Source of the DNA: Pseudonocardia sp.
Lineage (GTDB): Bacteria > Actinomycetota > Actinomycetes > Mycobacteriales > Pseudonocardiaceae
Assembly: GCF_036402515.1 (NCBI RefSeq)
Contig: NZ_DASWST010000247.1
Reading direction: 5' to 3' (one strand)
DNA: 64,000 nt
Part shown: one piece after another, positions 7,685 through 16,187 of the stretch
Position numbering within the stretch: the first letter of the stretch is position 1
Layout of the letters: each line of letters begins with the position of its first letter
Position numbers and translations under genes: made by a program
The notes under the pieces: model-generated
The model's input: the letters and a program-made list of their open reading frames with translations, nothing else
Told to the model about the DNA's origin: nothing
Databases searched by the model: none

Positions 7685-9250
7685 TCAGTTGACGCCGCGG
7701 TCGCGGCCGCCCCAGTGCGCGGCCCGCAGCGCGGGTTTGTCGTGTTTGCCCACCGCGGTGAGCGGGATGGCTTCGAGGAAGTCGACGGTCTTGGGCGTCA
7801 GCACCGGACCTTTGCGCTCCCGGACGAAGGCGATCAGCTCGGCCGCGTCCACCTGTACCGCCGGATCGCGCACCACTACGGCCTTGACGCTCTCCCCCCA
7901 CTTGTCGTCGGGCACCCCGATCACCGCGACGTCCTTGACCGCGGGGTGGCTGAACAGGGTGGCCTCGACCTCCTTCGGGTAGACGTTGAACCCGCCGGAG
8001 ATGATCATGTCTTTCTTCCGGTCCACGATGTAGAGGAAGCCACGGTCATCCGCCTTGGCCACGTCACCGGTGCACAGCCAGCCGTCCCGCAGCGCGGCGG
8101 CGGTCTCCTCCGGCTTGTTCCAGTAGCCGCGCATGATGTGTGGGCCCTGGGCGACGATCTCACCGGGCTCACCGTCGGCCACCGTCTTGAGCTCGTCGTC
8201 GGCCAGCCGCACCTCGGCGATGCCCACCGGCCGCCCGCAGGAGGACAGCGGGGTGAGGTCACCGGACTCGACGGCGGCGGCGTGATCGCTCTTGCGCAGC
8301 ACGGTGAGCTGGTTGGGCGCCTCGGTCTGCCCGTAGAGCTGAGAGAAGATCGGGCCGAAGGTGTCGATGGCCTGCAGCAGCCGCTCCCGGCCGATCGGGG
8401 ACGCCCCGTAGATCACCGTGGACAGCGACTCCAGGCCCACATTGCCGTCGCGCAGGCTGTCCATCAGCACGTACAGCATGGTCGGCACCATCATCGAAGC
8501 GGTGATCCGCTCCCGGGCGACGGTGGCCTTGAACTTCTCCGGGTCGAACCCGCCGAGGATCACGTTGGTGCCGCCGCGCAGCCATACCGGCAGGACGAAC
8601 ATGCCGCCGGCGTGGGTCAGCGGCGCCACGTGCGCAAACCGGTCCCGCTCCCCCAGGCCGAGCTCCAGCATCTCGCTCATGATCGCCGCGACGAACGCCC
8701 GGTGGTTGTGCTCGACGCCCTTCGGCCGCCCGGTGGTGCCGCCGGTGTAGAAGATCCCGTAGCGGTCGTCCGGGGTGACCTCGGGGCGGCCCGGCCCGTC
8801 GGGCTGCCGGGCGACCAGGTCGGGGAGGTAGCCGCCGCCGTCCAGCACGGCCTCGCGGTCCACGCTGAACACGTGCTCGACGTCGGTCTCGGCGCGGGCG
8901 CCGGCGACCCGGTCGGCCTTGCTGGCGTCGTGCACCACCGCCTGCGCCCCGCAGTCGCCGATGATGTACGCGTGGTCCGAGGCGCTGGCCTTGGCGTTCA
9001 GCGGCACAATGGCCAGCCCGGCCCAGAGCGCGCCGTAGTAGACGTCCAGCAGCTCCGGCCGGTCCGACATCAACACCGCCACCCGGTCGCCCTTGCTCAG
9101 GCCCAGGCCCAGCAGCGCGCGGCCGGTCTGCCGGATCCGGGCGATCTGCTCGGCGTAGCTGATCCGCCGGTCGCGGTAGACCACGGCCGTCTCGGGTCCG
9201 TACGCGAGCGCCGCCCGCTCCACCAGCGCACCGGCGCTGTGCACCAACAT
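7685..9250 (-). CDS. Acyl-CoA synthetase (AMP-forming)
   Basis: FYTGGTTGRPKG, YGQTE, TGD, DRKKDMIISGGFNVYP, GK; ATG 9250 with RBS GGAAGG. Confidence 0.92.
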   Translation of the reverse strand: MLVHSAGALVERAALAYGPETAVVYRDRRISYAEQIARIRQTGRALLGLGLSKGDRVAVLMSDRPELLDVYYGALWAGLAIVPLNAKASASDHAYIIGDCGAQAVVHDASKADRVAGARAETDVEHVFSVDREAVLDGGGYLPDLVARQPDGPGRPEVTPDDRYGIFYTGGTTGRPKGVEHNHRAFVAAIMSEMLELGLGERDRFAHVAPLTHAGGMFVLPVWLRGGTNVILGGFDPEKFKATVARERITASMMVPTMLYVLMDSLRDGNVGLESLSTVIYGASPIGRERLLQAIDTFGPIFSQLYGQTEAPNQLTVLRKSDHAAAVESGDLTPLSSCGRPVGIAEVRLADDELKTVADGEPGEIVAQGPHIMRGYWNKPEETAAALRDGWLCTGDVAKADDRGFLYIVDRKKDMIISGGFNVYPKEVEATLFSHPAVKDVAVIGVPDDKWGESVKAVVVRDPAVQVDAAELIAFVRERKGPVLTPKTVDFLEAIPLTAVGKHDKPALRAAHWGGRDRGVN

Positions 9251-9414
9251 GTCGGTCCTTCCCGATATCCGCGAGCGAGGCCGCACTGCGTGTCTCCGCC
9301 AGATCTTGGCCGGGCCGGACCCGCGCGCCAATGTGGAGACCCCACCTCGGACTCGGCGCGGACAGTGGGATTTCGACATATCTACGTTGCCGGTGGTCCA
9401 CCTAGCCTCGCGGA

Positions 9415-10179
9415 ATGCTCTCTGACCTGAAGGACAAACGGGCGCTGGTCACCGGCGCCGCCCAGGGCCTGGGCCGCGCCGTCGCCGAGCTGTTCCTGGA
9501 GCGCGGCGCGCGGGTTGTGCTCACCGACATCGACGGGGACCTGCTGGAGAAGACCGCGGCGGACCTCGGCGGCGCGGCACACGCGGTGGTCTGCGACGTG
9601 ACCTCGGAGGAACAGGTCGCCGCCTCGGTGCGGGCCTGCGTGGACACCCTGGGCGGGCTGGACATCGCGGTGAACAACGCCGGCATCGAGATCGGCAAGC
9701 CGCTGGTCGAGCAGACCGAGGAAGAGTTCGACCGGCTGATGGCGATCAACGTCAAGGGCGTGTTCTTCGGTATCAAGCACCAGACCCCGGCGATGGTGGC
9801 CTCCGGCGGCGGCGTGATCGTGAACATGTCCTCGGTGGCCGGGCTGGGCGGGGTTCCGCTGCTGGGCTCCTACTGCGCCTCCAAAGCGGCCGTGCTGCGG
9901 CTGACCGAGACCGCCGCGATCGAGCTGCGCGCGGCCGGGATCCGGGTGACCGCGGTGTGCCCCTCGTTCATCCGCACCGACATGGTGGCCCGGCTGGTCA
10001 ACCCGTTCGAGGGAGCCACCGGAGCGAACTTCGACGACCTGGTCGCGGTCAAGCAGCAGCGCCTGGGCACACCCGAGGAGGTCGCCGAGATGGTGGCCTT
10101 CCTCGCCTCGGATGACGCGAAGTTCGTCACCGGCTCGCACTATGTACTCGACAGCGGACTGACCGGGAGCCTCTTCTGA
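9415..10179 (+). CDS. Short-chain dehydrogenase/reductase
   Basis: TGAAQGLG, NNAG, YCASK. Confidence 0.93.
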   Translation: MLSDLKDKRALVTGAAQGLGRAVAELFLERGARVVLTDIDGDLLEKTAADLGGAAHAVVCDVTSEEQVAASVRACVDTLGGLDIAVNNAGIEIGKPLVEQTEEEFDRLMAINVKGVFFGIKHQTPAMVASGGGVIVNMSSVAGLGGVPLLGSYCASKAAVLRLTETAAIELRAAGIRVTAVCPSFIRTDMVARLVNPFEGATGANFDDLVAVKQQRLGTPEEVAEMVAFLASDDAKFVTGSHYVLDSGLTGSLF

Positions 10180-10943
10180 TGGCCGATGTGCTGAAAGACA
10201 AGATCGCTATCGTCACCGGCGGGGCCAAGGGCCTCGGCGCGGCGATCGCGGTGGAGCTGGACTCCGAGGGCGCCCGGGTGGTGGTCACCGACATCGACGG
10301 GGACGGCGCGGCCAAGACCGCCGCCGAGCTGGCCCGTGGCGAGTCGGCGGTGTGCGACGTGCGGGACGACGCCGCGGTGGAAGCGCTGGTCGCGGACGTG
10401 GTGGCCCGGTACGGCACGCTGGACATCATGGTGGCCAACGCCGGCATCGCCACGGTCACCCCGATCACCGAGATGACCATGGAGATCTGGCACTCGGTGC
10501 TCGCGGTCAACCTGGACGGGGTGTTCTCCTCGGTGCGCCACGCGGGGCGGGCGATGGCGGCCACCGGCGGCGGCTCGATCATCACCATGGCCTCGATCAC
10601 CGGGTTCGCCGGGTCACCGCTGATCGCGCACTACGCGGCGGCCAAGGCGGCGGTCATCTCGCTGACCAAGACCGCGGCGATCGAGCTGCGCGGGCACGGC
10701 GTGCGGGTCAACGCCATCTGCCCCGGGTTCATCGGCACCGACCTGGTGCTGGACCGGAAGTCGCAGTTCGAGCAGGCCTTGGGCATCGACGACTTCGGGG
10801 CGGTGCTCGACCAGGCGCAGGGCCGCCTCGGCGAGGTCGGCGACGTGGCACCGCTGGCCGCGTTCCTGGCCTCGGACCGGTCCCGGTTCTCCAACGGCTC
10901 GACGTTCGTGGTGGACGGCGGCATGTCCGCGTCGCTGGTCTAA
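10179..10943 (+). CDS. Short-chain dehydrogenase/reductase
   Basis: TGGAKGLG, ANAG, YAAAK; TGATG overlap with the previous SDR. Confidence 0.93.
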   Translation: MADVLKDKIAIVTGGAKGLGAAIAVELDSEGARVVVTDIDGDGAAKTAAELARGESAVCDVRDDAAVEALVADVVARYGTLDIMVANAGIATVTPITEMTMEIWHSVLAVNLDGVFSSVRHAGRAMAATGGGSIITMASITGFAGSPLIAHYAAAKAAVISLTKTAAIELRGHGVRVNAICPGFIGTDLVLDRKSQFEQALGIDDFGAVLDQAQGRLGEVGDVAPLAAFLASDRSRFSNGSTFVVDGGMSASLV

Positions 10944-10997
10944 CCCCGTCGGTCTAATCCCGTCGCTGGTCTAACTCCATCGCTGGTCTAACTCCAT
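10931..10997. repeat. Tandem echoes of the SDR 3' end including the stop codon
   Basis: (G/A)TCGCTGGTCTAA three times plus one shortened GTCGGTCTAA. Confidence 0.85.
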
Positions 10998-11049
10998 AGT
11001 CATCGCGTTGCGCCTGAGGTCAGCCGGGGCGAGAGGGCCCCCCCTCCCC

Positions 11050-12381
11050 TCAAGACTCGGCGGATTCGGCCTCCGGGCCGAGGGCCTCGCAGAGGCGCAG
11101 CGCGACCAGGAGCTCGGTGCGGCGCTCGGTGAGCGCCGTACCGAGCTCCTCACCCGCCACCCGGATCCGCAGCCGCACGGTGTTCTCGTGCACGCCCAGC
11201 TCGGTGGCAGCTCTGGCCTGCGAGCCGACCGCTAACCAGGCCAGCAGGGTGTCCCGGATGCGCTGGGCCCGTTCGGTGCCGGCGGCCAGCCCGCCGAGCT
11301 CGTCGCGCACAAAGCGGCGCGCGGAGTCCGGGTTCTCCAGCAGGAACGTCTCCAACCGCAGGTCACGGGCGCACAGGCAGCTCGGTGCGTGGCGCAGCGT
11401 GGCGCGCAACTCGGCGGTCCGCCGGGCGCTCTGGTGGGAGCCGAGGAACCCGGCCAGCCCTCGGCCGGGCTCACCGAGGGCCACCGGCTCGCCCATCGCG
11501 GCGGCCACTCGGCGCAGCCCGTCCAGCCGGGCCGGGTCCACCCCGTCCGGGTAGCTCAGCCAGCCGAACCAGGTACCGGCGTCCGGCTGCACCAGCAGCG
11601 CGGCGCGCGCACCGGACTCGGCGCGCAGCGTGGCGAGCCCTCGGGTCACCTCACGGCGGCGTTCGGAGTTGAACAGCAGAGCCACGTGGGTGGCCCGCAT
11701 CCGGTAGCCCAGCGTCTCCTCCACCGCGTCCCCGGCCTCGGCCTGGGTGCCGTCGAGCAGCCGCAGCACCAGCTCGCGGCGGCGGTCTTCGCAGGTGGAG
11801 GACATCTCCTCGCTGACCGAGTTGTACCTCCGCACCACCTGCGCGAGGACCCGGTCCACATAGCCGAACAGCAGCGAGGTGGATCCGCCGAGCAGATCGG
11901 GCAGCTCGCCCTTGCCTTCCACCGAGCAGGTGCGGCACAGGTCGAACCAGTCCTGCCAGAGCCGCTCCACGCCGACCCAGTAGGACCGCTCCAGCTCGGC
12001 GAGCGGGATGCCCAGCCGGGCCACCAGGGTGGCGAACTCGCAGGCGCACGCCGCGTCCACGTCGTCGAGCGCGAGGCGGCCGGCCAGCACCGCCACCACG
12101 TTGGCCACGTTCTCCTGGGAGCAGCGGCTCAGGGTGGCCACGAAGGTGGCGTCGTCCGCCCGGTCCGGGAAGACAGCGCCGAGGATCGCGCCGCTCACCG
12201 CGTCGGCCCGGGCCCCCACGTCGACCCGGGTAGCCAGTCCGCGCACCATTGTGTTGGAACCGGGGTGCAGCACAGTCACCGACACGGCTCGCTCCTGCCT
12301 CTCGACCTCGTCGTCGACACGCTCGACCCGCGCGGACGGCACCCCGGAGGTGACGGTGTCACCGAGTGCTCGGCTGGTCAC
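11050..12381 (-). CDS. PucR/CdaR family transcriptional regulator
   Basis: C-terminal HTH AATELGVHENTVRLR, GEPGRG GGDEF-like segment; true start may be downstream. Confidence 0.88.
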   Translation of the reverse strand: MTSRALGDTVTSGVPSARVERVDDEVERQERAVSVTVLHPGSNTMVRGLATRVDVGARADAVSGAILGAVFPDRADDATFVATLSRCSQENVANVVAVLAGRLALDDVDAACACEFATLVARLGIPLAELERSYWVGVERLWQDWFDLCRTCSVEGKGELPDLLGGSTSLLFGYVDRVLAQVVRRYNSVSEEMSSTCEDRRRELVLRLLDGTQAEAGDAVEETLGYRMRATHVALLFNSERRREVTRGLATLRAESGARAALLVQPDAGTWFGWLSYPDGVDPARLDGLRRVAAAMGEPVALGEPGRGLAGFLGSHQSARRTAELRATLRHAPSCLCARDLRLETFLLENPDSARRFVRDELGGLAAGTERAQRIRDTLLAWLAVGSQARAATELGVHENTVRLRIRVAGEELGTALTERRTELLVALRLCEALGPEAESAES

Positions 12382-12537
12382 TGTGTCGGAGGAACGACGA
12401 GCGGTTCACTCATTGTGACAGGGAGCCAAACCCGCGCATGCGACCGGGCACACCCTACCAGCGCGATCAATGTTACGCCTGGTGCAGGTGGGAAATTTGT
12501 GACGGAGCGCGGCAGGAGAGCCGTCGGCCCGGTGCGA

Positions 12538-14043
12538 TCACAACGTCGGACGTGCCGAGCCCTCCGCTCGCGTGCTGCCGGGCCGCCGGGCCGCCAGGGG
12601 CGCCGCGATGTCCTCCAGCGACTTGCCCTCCGCCGCCACCCCGAAAGCGATGGTGACCAGGCCCCCGACGATCATCACCGCCGCGCCGATCAAGTACCCG
12701 ATGAACAGTTGGAACGGGTTGTCTCCGGTCCCGATCAGGGCGCCGTACACCACCGGGCCCAGCGCACCGAAGCACTGCGCGATGGCGAAGAACACCGCGA
12801 TGGCCTTCGCCCGGACCTCCAGCGGGAAGATCTCACTCACCGTCAGGTAGCCCGCGCTCGCGCCTGCCGAGGCAAAGAAGAAGATCACGCACCAGCACAG
12901 CGTCTGAGTCAAGGCGGTCAGCGCTCCGGCGTTGAACAGCAGCGCGCTGAGCGCCAGCAGCACCCCGGAGAGGATGTACGTACCGGAAATCATCTTCTTA
13001 CGGCCAACTGTGTCGAACAGGGGACCAAGCAGCAGTGGCCCGGCCAGGTTGCCGACGCAGAACGCGATCAAGTAGAGCGGGCCGGACTCGGCGGCCACAC
13101 CGTAGAACTTGCCGAGCACCAGGGTGTAGGTGAAGAAGATCGCGTTGTACAGGAACGACTGGGTGATCATGAGGGTGGCGCCGTAGATGGAGCGCGTCGG
13201 GTAGTCCCGGAAAAGCACCCGGGTCAGCGCCAGGTAGCCGATGTCGTCGGCCGGAGTGAGCACCATCGCCTTGCTGGGGTCGACCGGAGGCAGCTTCTTG
13301 CCGCCCGCCTCCACCTCACGCTCGATGAAATCGATCGACTTCTCAGCCTCCTCAACCCGACCGTTCATCACCTGCCAGCGCGGGCTCTCCGGCAGGTTCC
13401 GCCGGACAAAGATGATCACCAAGCCGAGCACCGGGCCGAGCAGGAAGCCCAGCCGCCAGGCCAGACTCGGCTCGAACGCGTGCAGGATGATGTAGGTGCC
13501 CAGGGTGCCGATGATCGCACCGGCCCAGTACGTGCCGTTCACCGCGATGTCCACCCGGCCCCGGTACTTGGACGGGATCAGCTCGTCGATCGCGGAGTTG
13601 ATCGCCGCATACTCGCCGCCGATGCCGGCCCCGGCGATGAAGCGGGTGAGGTAGAGGAAGGCGATCCAGCCGCCGCCGGAACCCAGCGTGAACGCGGTCA
13701 GGCCGCTGCCGATCAGATACACAGCCAGGGTGAGGATGAACAGGTTCCGGCGACCCAACTTGTCGGACATCCGGCCGAAGACGAGCGCGCCGACCACCTC
13801 TCCGATGAGGTAGACCGACGCCGTGGCACCCACCGCCGCCGAGGACAGGTTGAGGGTGTCCGGATGTGTCAGGGTGTCCGCGACACCGCTGGCCACGGTG
13901 ATCTCCAGACCGTCCAGGATCCACGCCACCCCGAGCGCCATGACCAATCGAGTGTGGAACGGTGACCAAGGCAATCGGTCGATCCGGGCTGGGACGAGGC
14001 TGCGTATCGCGCCTGAACCGGGGGCATTGGCATCTGACGGCAT
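12538..14043 (-). CDS. MFS transporter (sugar porter-like)
   Basis: About 12 TM, GRMSDKLGRR, PESPRW, SEIFP; RBS GGAGG. Confidence 0.92.
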   Translation of the reverse strand: MPSDANAPGSGAIRSLVPARIDRLPWSPFHTRLVMALGVAWILDGLEITVASGVADTLTHPDTLNLSSAAVGATASVYLIGEVVGALVFGRMSDKLGRRNLFILTLAVYLIGSGLTAFTLGSGGGWIAFLYLTRFIAGAGIGGEYAAINSAIDELIPSKYRGRVDIAVNGTYWAGAIIGTLGTYIILHAFEPSLAWRLGFLLGPVLGLVIIFVRRNLPESPRWQVMNGRVEEAEKSIDFIEREVEAGGKKLPPVDPSKAMVLTPADDIGYLALTRVLFRDYPTRSIYGATLMITQSFLYNAIFFTYTLVLGKFYGVAAESGPLYLIAFCVGNLAGPLLLGPLFDTVGRKKMISGTYILSGVLLALSALLFNAGALTALTQTLCWCVIFFFASAGASAGYLTVSEIFPLEVRAKAIAVFFAIAQCFGALGPVVYGALIGTGDNPFQLFIGYLIGAAVMIVGGLVTIAFGVAAEGKSLEDIAAPLAARRPGSTRAEGSARPTL

Positions 14044-14278
14044 AAGACGACCTCCGTTGCTCGTCCAGGTAGCCCCGGGAGGGTAGCCCAGATGATCACA
14101 CGCCCGCCCGCGCGATCACTACCGGCTCAGAGCGTGAATCCCGGGGAAATTCCTGTCAAGCCGGAGCCCCCAGCTGGCCGTACCTCTCGTTACCGACTGC
14201 GGCAATCGGCGGTAGCGGGTCCGCATCCGGGGAGCGCGTTAGCCCCGCCCAGGGCATCATGACCTGATCGTCGCCACC

Positions 14279-14308
14279 GTCGATGACGACCTAGTCGATG
14301 ACGACCTA
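14279..14308. repeat. 15-bp direct repeat abutting the RBS of the LLM gene
   Basis: GTCGATGACGACCTA twice, followed by GGAG and GTG. Confidence 0.8.
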
Positions 14309-14317
14309 GGAGCCCCC

Positions 14318-15511
14318 GTGAACAAGTTGCGGTTCGGCATCTTCATGCCGCCGTTCAACAGTCCCCCGACCCAGAACGCGACCTCCTCGCTGCAGCGCAA
14401 CCTGGAGACCCTGCAGCTGCTGGACCGGCTCGGCTACGACGAGGCGTGGATCGGTGAGCACCACTCGGCCGGCACCGAGATCATCGCCGACCCGTTGACC
14501 TTCATCGCCCACGCCGGCGCGCTGACCCGGCACATCAAGCTGGGTACCGGCGTGGTTTCGCTGCCGTACCACAATCCGCTGTGGATCGCGGACCGGGCGA
14601 TCCTGGTCGACCACCTGATCCGCGGCCGGCTGATGCTGGGTGTGGGCCCCGGTTCACTGCCCACCGACGCCGAGATGATCGGACTGGAGCCCGCCGCGCT
14701 GCGCCCGGCACTGGCCGAGGACCTCGCGGTGCTGCTGCGGCTGCTGCTCTCCGACGAGCGGGTCAGTCACCAGACCGACCGTTACAAGTTGGTCGATGCG
14801 CGCACCCAGCTCGCCCCGTACTCGGACCCGTGCTTCGAGATCGCCGTCGCGGCCACCGTCTCCCCCGCCGGGCCCATCCTGGCCGGCACCCACGGCCTCG
14901 GGCTGCTCTCCCTGGGCGCCACCACCAGGGAGGGTTTCGACGTGCTGGCCCACCACTGGAACGTGGTGGAGGCGGAGGCGGCCAGACACGGCCGGAGCAC
15001 CGACCGGTCGAGCTGGCGGCTGGTTGGCCCGATGCACATCGCGGAGACCAAGCAGCAGGCCATCGAGGACGTCCGCTACGGCTTCGACCAGTTCTGCGAC
15101 TACACCCAGCGCACCCTGGCGCTGCCCACCTTCCGTGCCGAGGGGAAGACCTTCGAAGAGCGGGTGGCCTGGATCAACGAGACCGGCCTGGGCGTGATCG
15201 GCACCCCGGATGAGGCGATCAACCAGATCCAGCGGCTGGTCGACCAGTCCGCCGGCGGCTTCGGCTGCTACATGATGATGCAGCACGACTGGGCCAACTG
15301 GGAGGCCACCCAGCGCCACTACGAGCTGTTCGCGCGGCACGTGATGCCGGCCTTCCAGCCCTCGCAGCGCCGGCTGCTGGCCGCCGAGCAATGGGCCCGG
15401 AGTCGGCACGGCGAGCTGGACGCGAAGAACGGCGCGGCGATCCAGGCCTGGTCGGACAAGTACGTCGCGGAGCGCAAGGCCGAACAGGACGCAACCGCCG
15501 ACCGCCCCTGA
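14318..15511 (+). CDS. LLM-class flavin-dependent monooxygenase (limonene 1,2-monooxygenase-like)
   Basis: RFGIFMPPF, GYDEAWIGEHHSAG, IKLGTGVVSLPYHNP, SYELF-like HYELFARHVMP. Confidence 0.88.
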   Translation: MNKLRFGIFMPPFNSPPTQNATSSLQRNLETLQLLDRLGYDEAWIGEHHSAGTEIIADPLTFIAHAGALTRHIKLGTGVVSLPYHNPLWIADRAILVDHLIRGRLMLGVGPGSLPTDAEMIGLEPAALRPALAEDLAVLLRLLLSDERVSHQTDRYKLVDARTQLAPYSDPCFEIAVAATVSPAGPILAGTHGLGLLSLGATTREGFDVLAHHWNVVEAEAARHGRSTDRSSWRLVGPMHIAETKQQAIEDVRYGFDQFCDYTQRTLALPTFRAEGKTFEERVAWINETGLGVIGTPDEAINQIQRLVDQSAGGFGCYMMMQHDWANWEATQRHYELFARHVMPAFQPSQRRLLAAEQWARSRHGELDAKNGAAIQAWSDKYVAERKAEQDATADRP

Positions 15512-16187
15512 CACCGGCCCCGGCTCGATCAGCGGCGGGTCTGGGCGCTGGCGTCCACCCAGGTGGCGGCCCGAGCCGTCGGATGGGCGGGCGAACGCCT
15601 CGTCGAAGCTGCCGATCCGGTTCGCCCGGGCGGGCCGAGGCTCCGGGAAACGGCCCCTAGCTGCCCCGCGGGGCGGCAGGCCGACGTCTGCCGGGGAGCC
15701 CGTGACCCGGACGCCCTGTCACGATCGAATTCGAGGCTAGGTGACGCTGCGCTCCCCTGTTGGGTGATGACCCTCGGCGAGATCCCCGCCTACTGGTTGT
15801 AGCGGCCCCGGAGGGTGGCCCGCATCGTTGATGCGGATGGCCGCGGGCCCGCCAGGTGCGTGTGAGCGGCCCCGTTCCGCCCGCGGCGGGCCACCGCTGA
15901 GCTGGGTGATCACTACCCCCGCTGTTATCACGAGATGACTATCCGTGCTCAAGCTGATCGTGATCTATCACTGGCTGTGGTGAATCTTCGAACACTAGTG
16001 ATCGTTAGCATCTATTCTCCCGATGCAGGCTGTTACTGGCGGGACTGGATGGATTCACAGTTATAGATGTGGTACCTGGGGACTAAGAGGGTGACAGTTG
16101 GCCACCCCCGTTGTGAGGAAAGTCGGAATTCAAAAAGTGGCGCAGGGTCGCGCGAGATTTGGCCCGTGGAGGGAAAGGACTCAGGAC

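Noticed and set aside
11389-13965. 858-aa plus-strand ORF and similar long antisense ORFs (4742-6280, 7715-9430, 27183-29306, 34001-36256, 37092-39251, 61216-62892)
   Set aside because: Antisense to well-supported genes; explained by stop-codon scarcity at high GC3
15512-16187. c-di-AMP or other riboswitch, or small ORFs, upstream of the beta-helix gene
   Set aside because: No consensus elements recognisable by eye and the short ORFs lack RBS and codon bias; an Rfam scan would be needed
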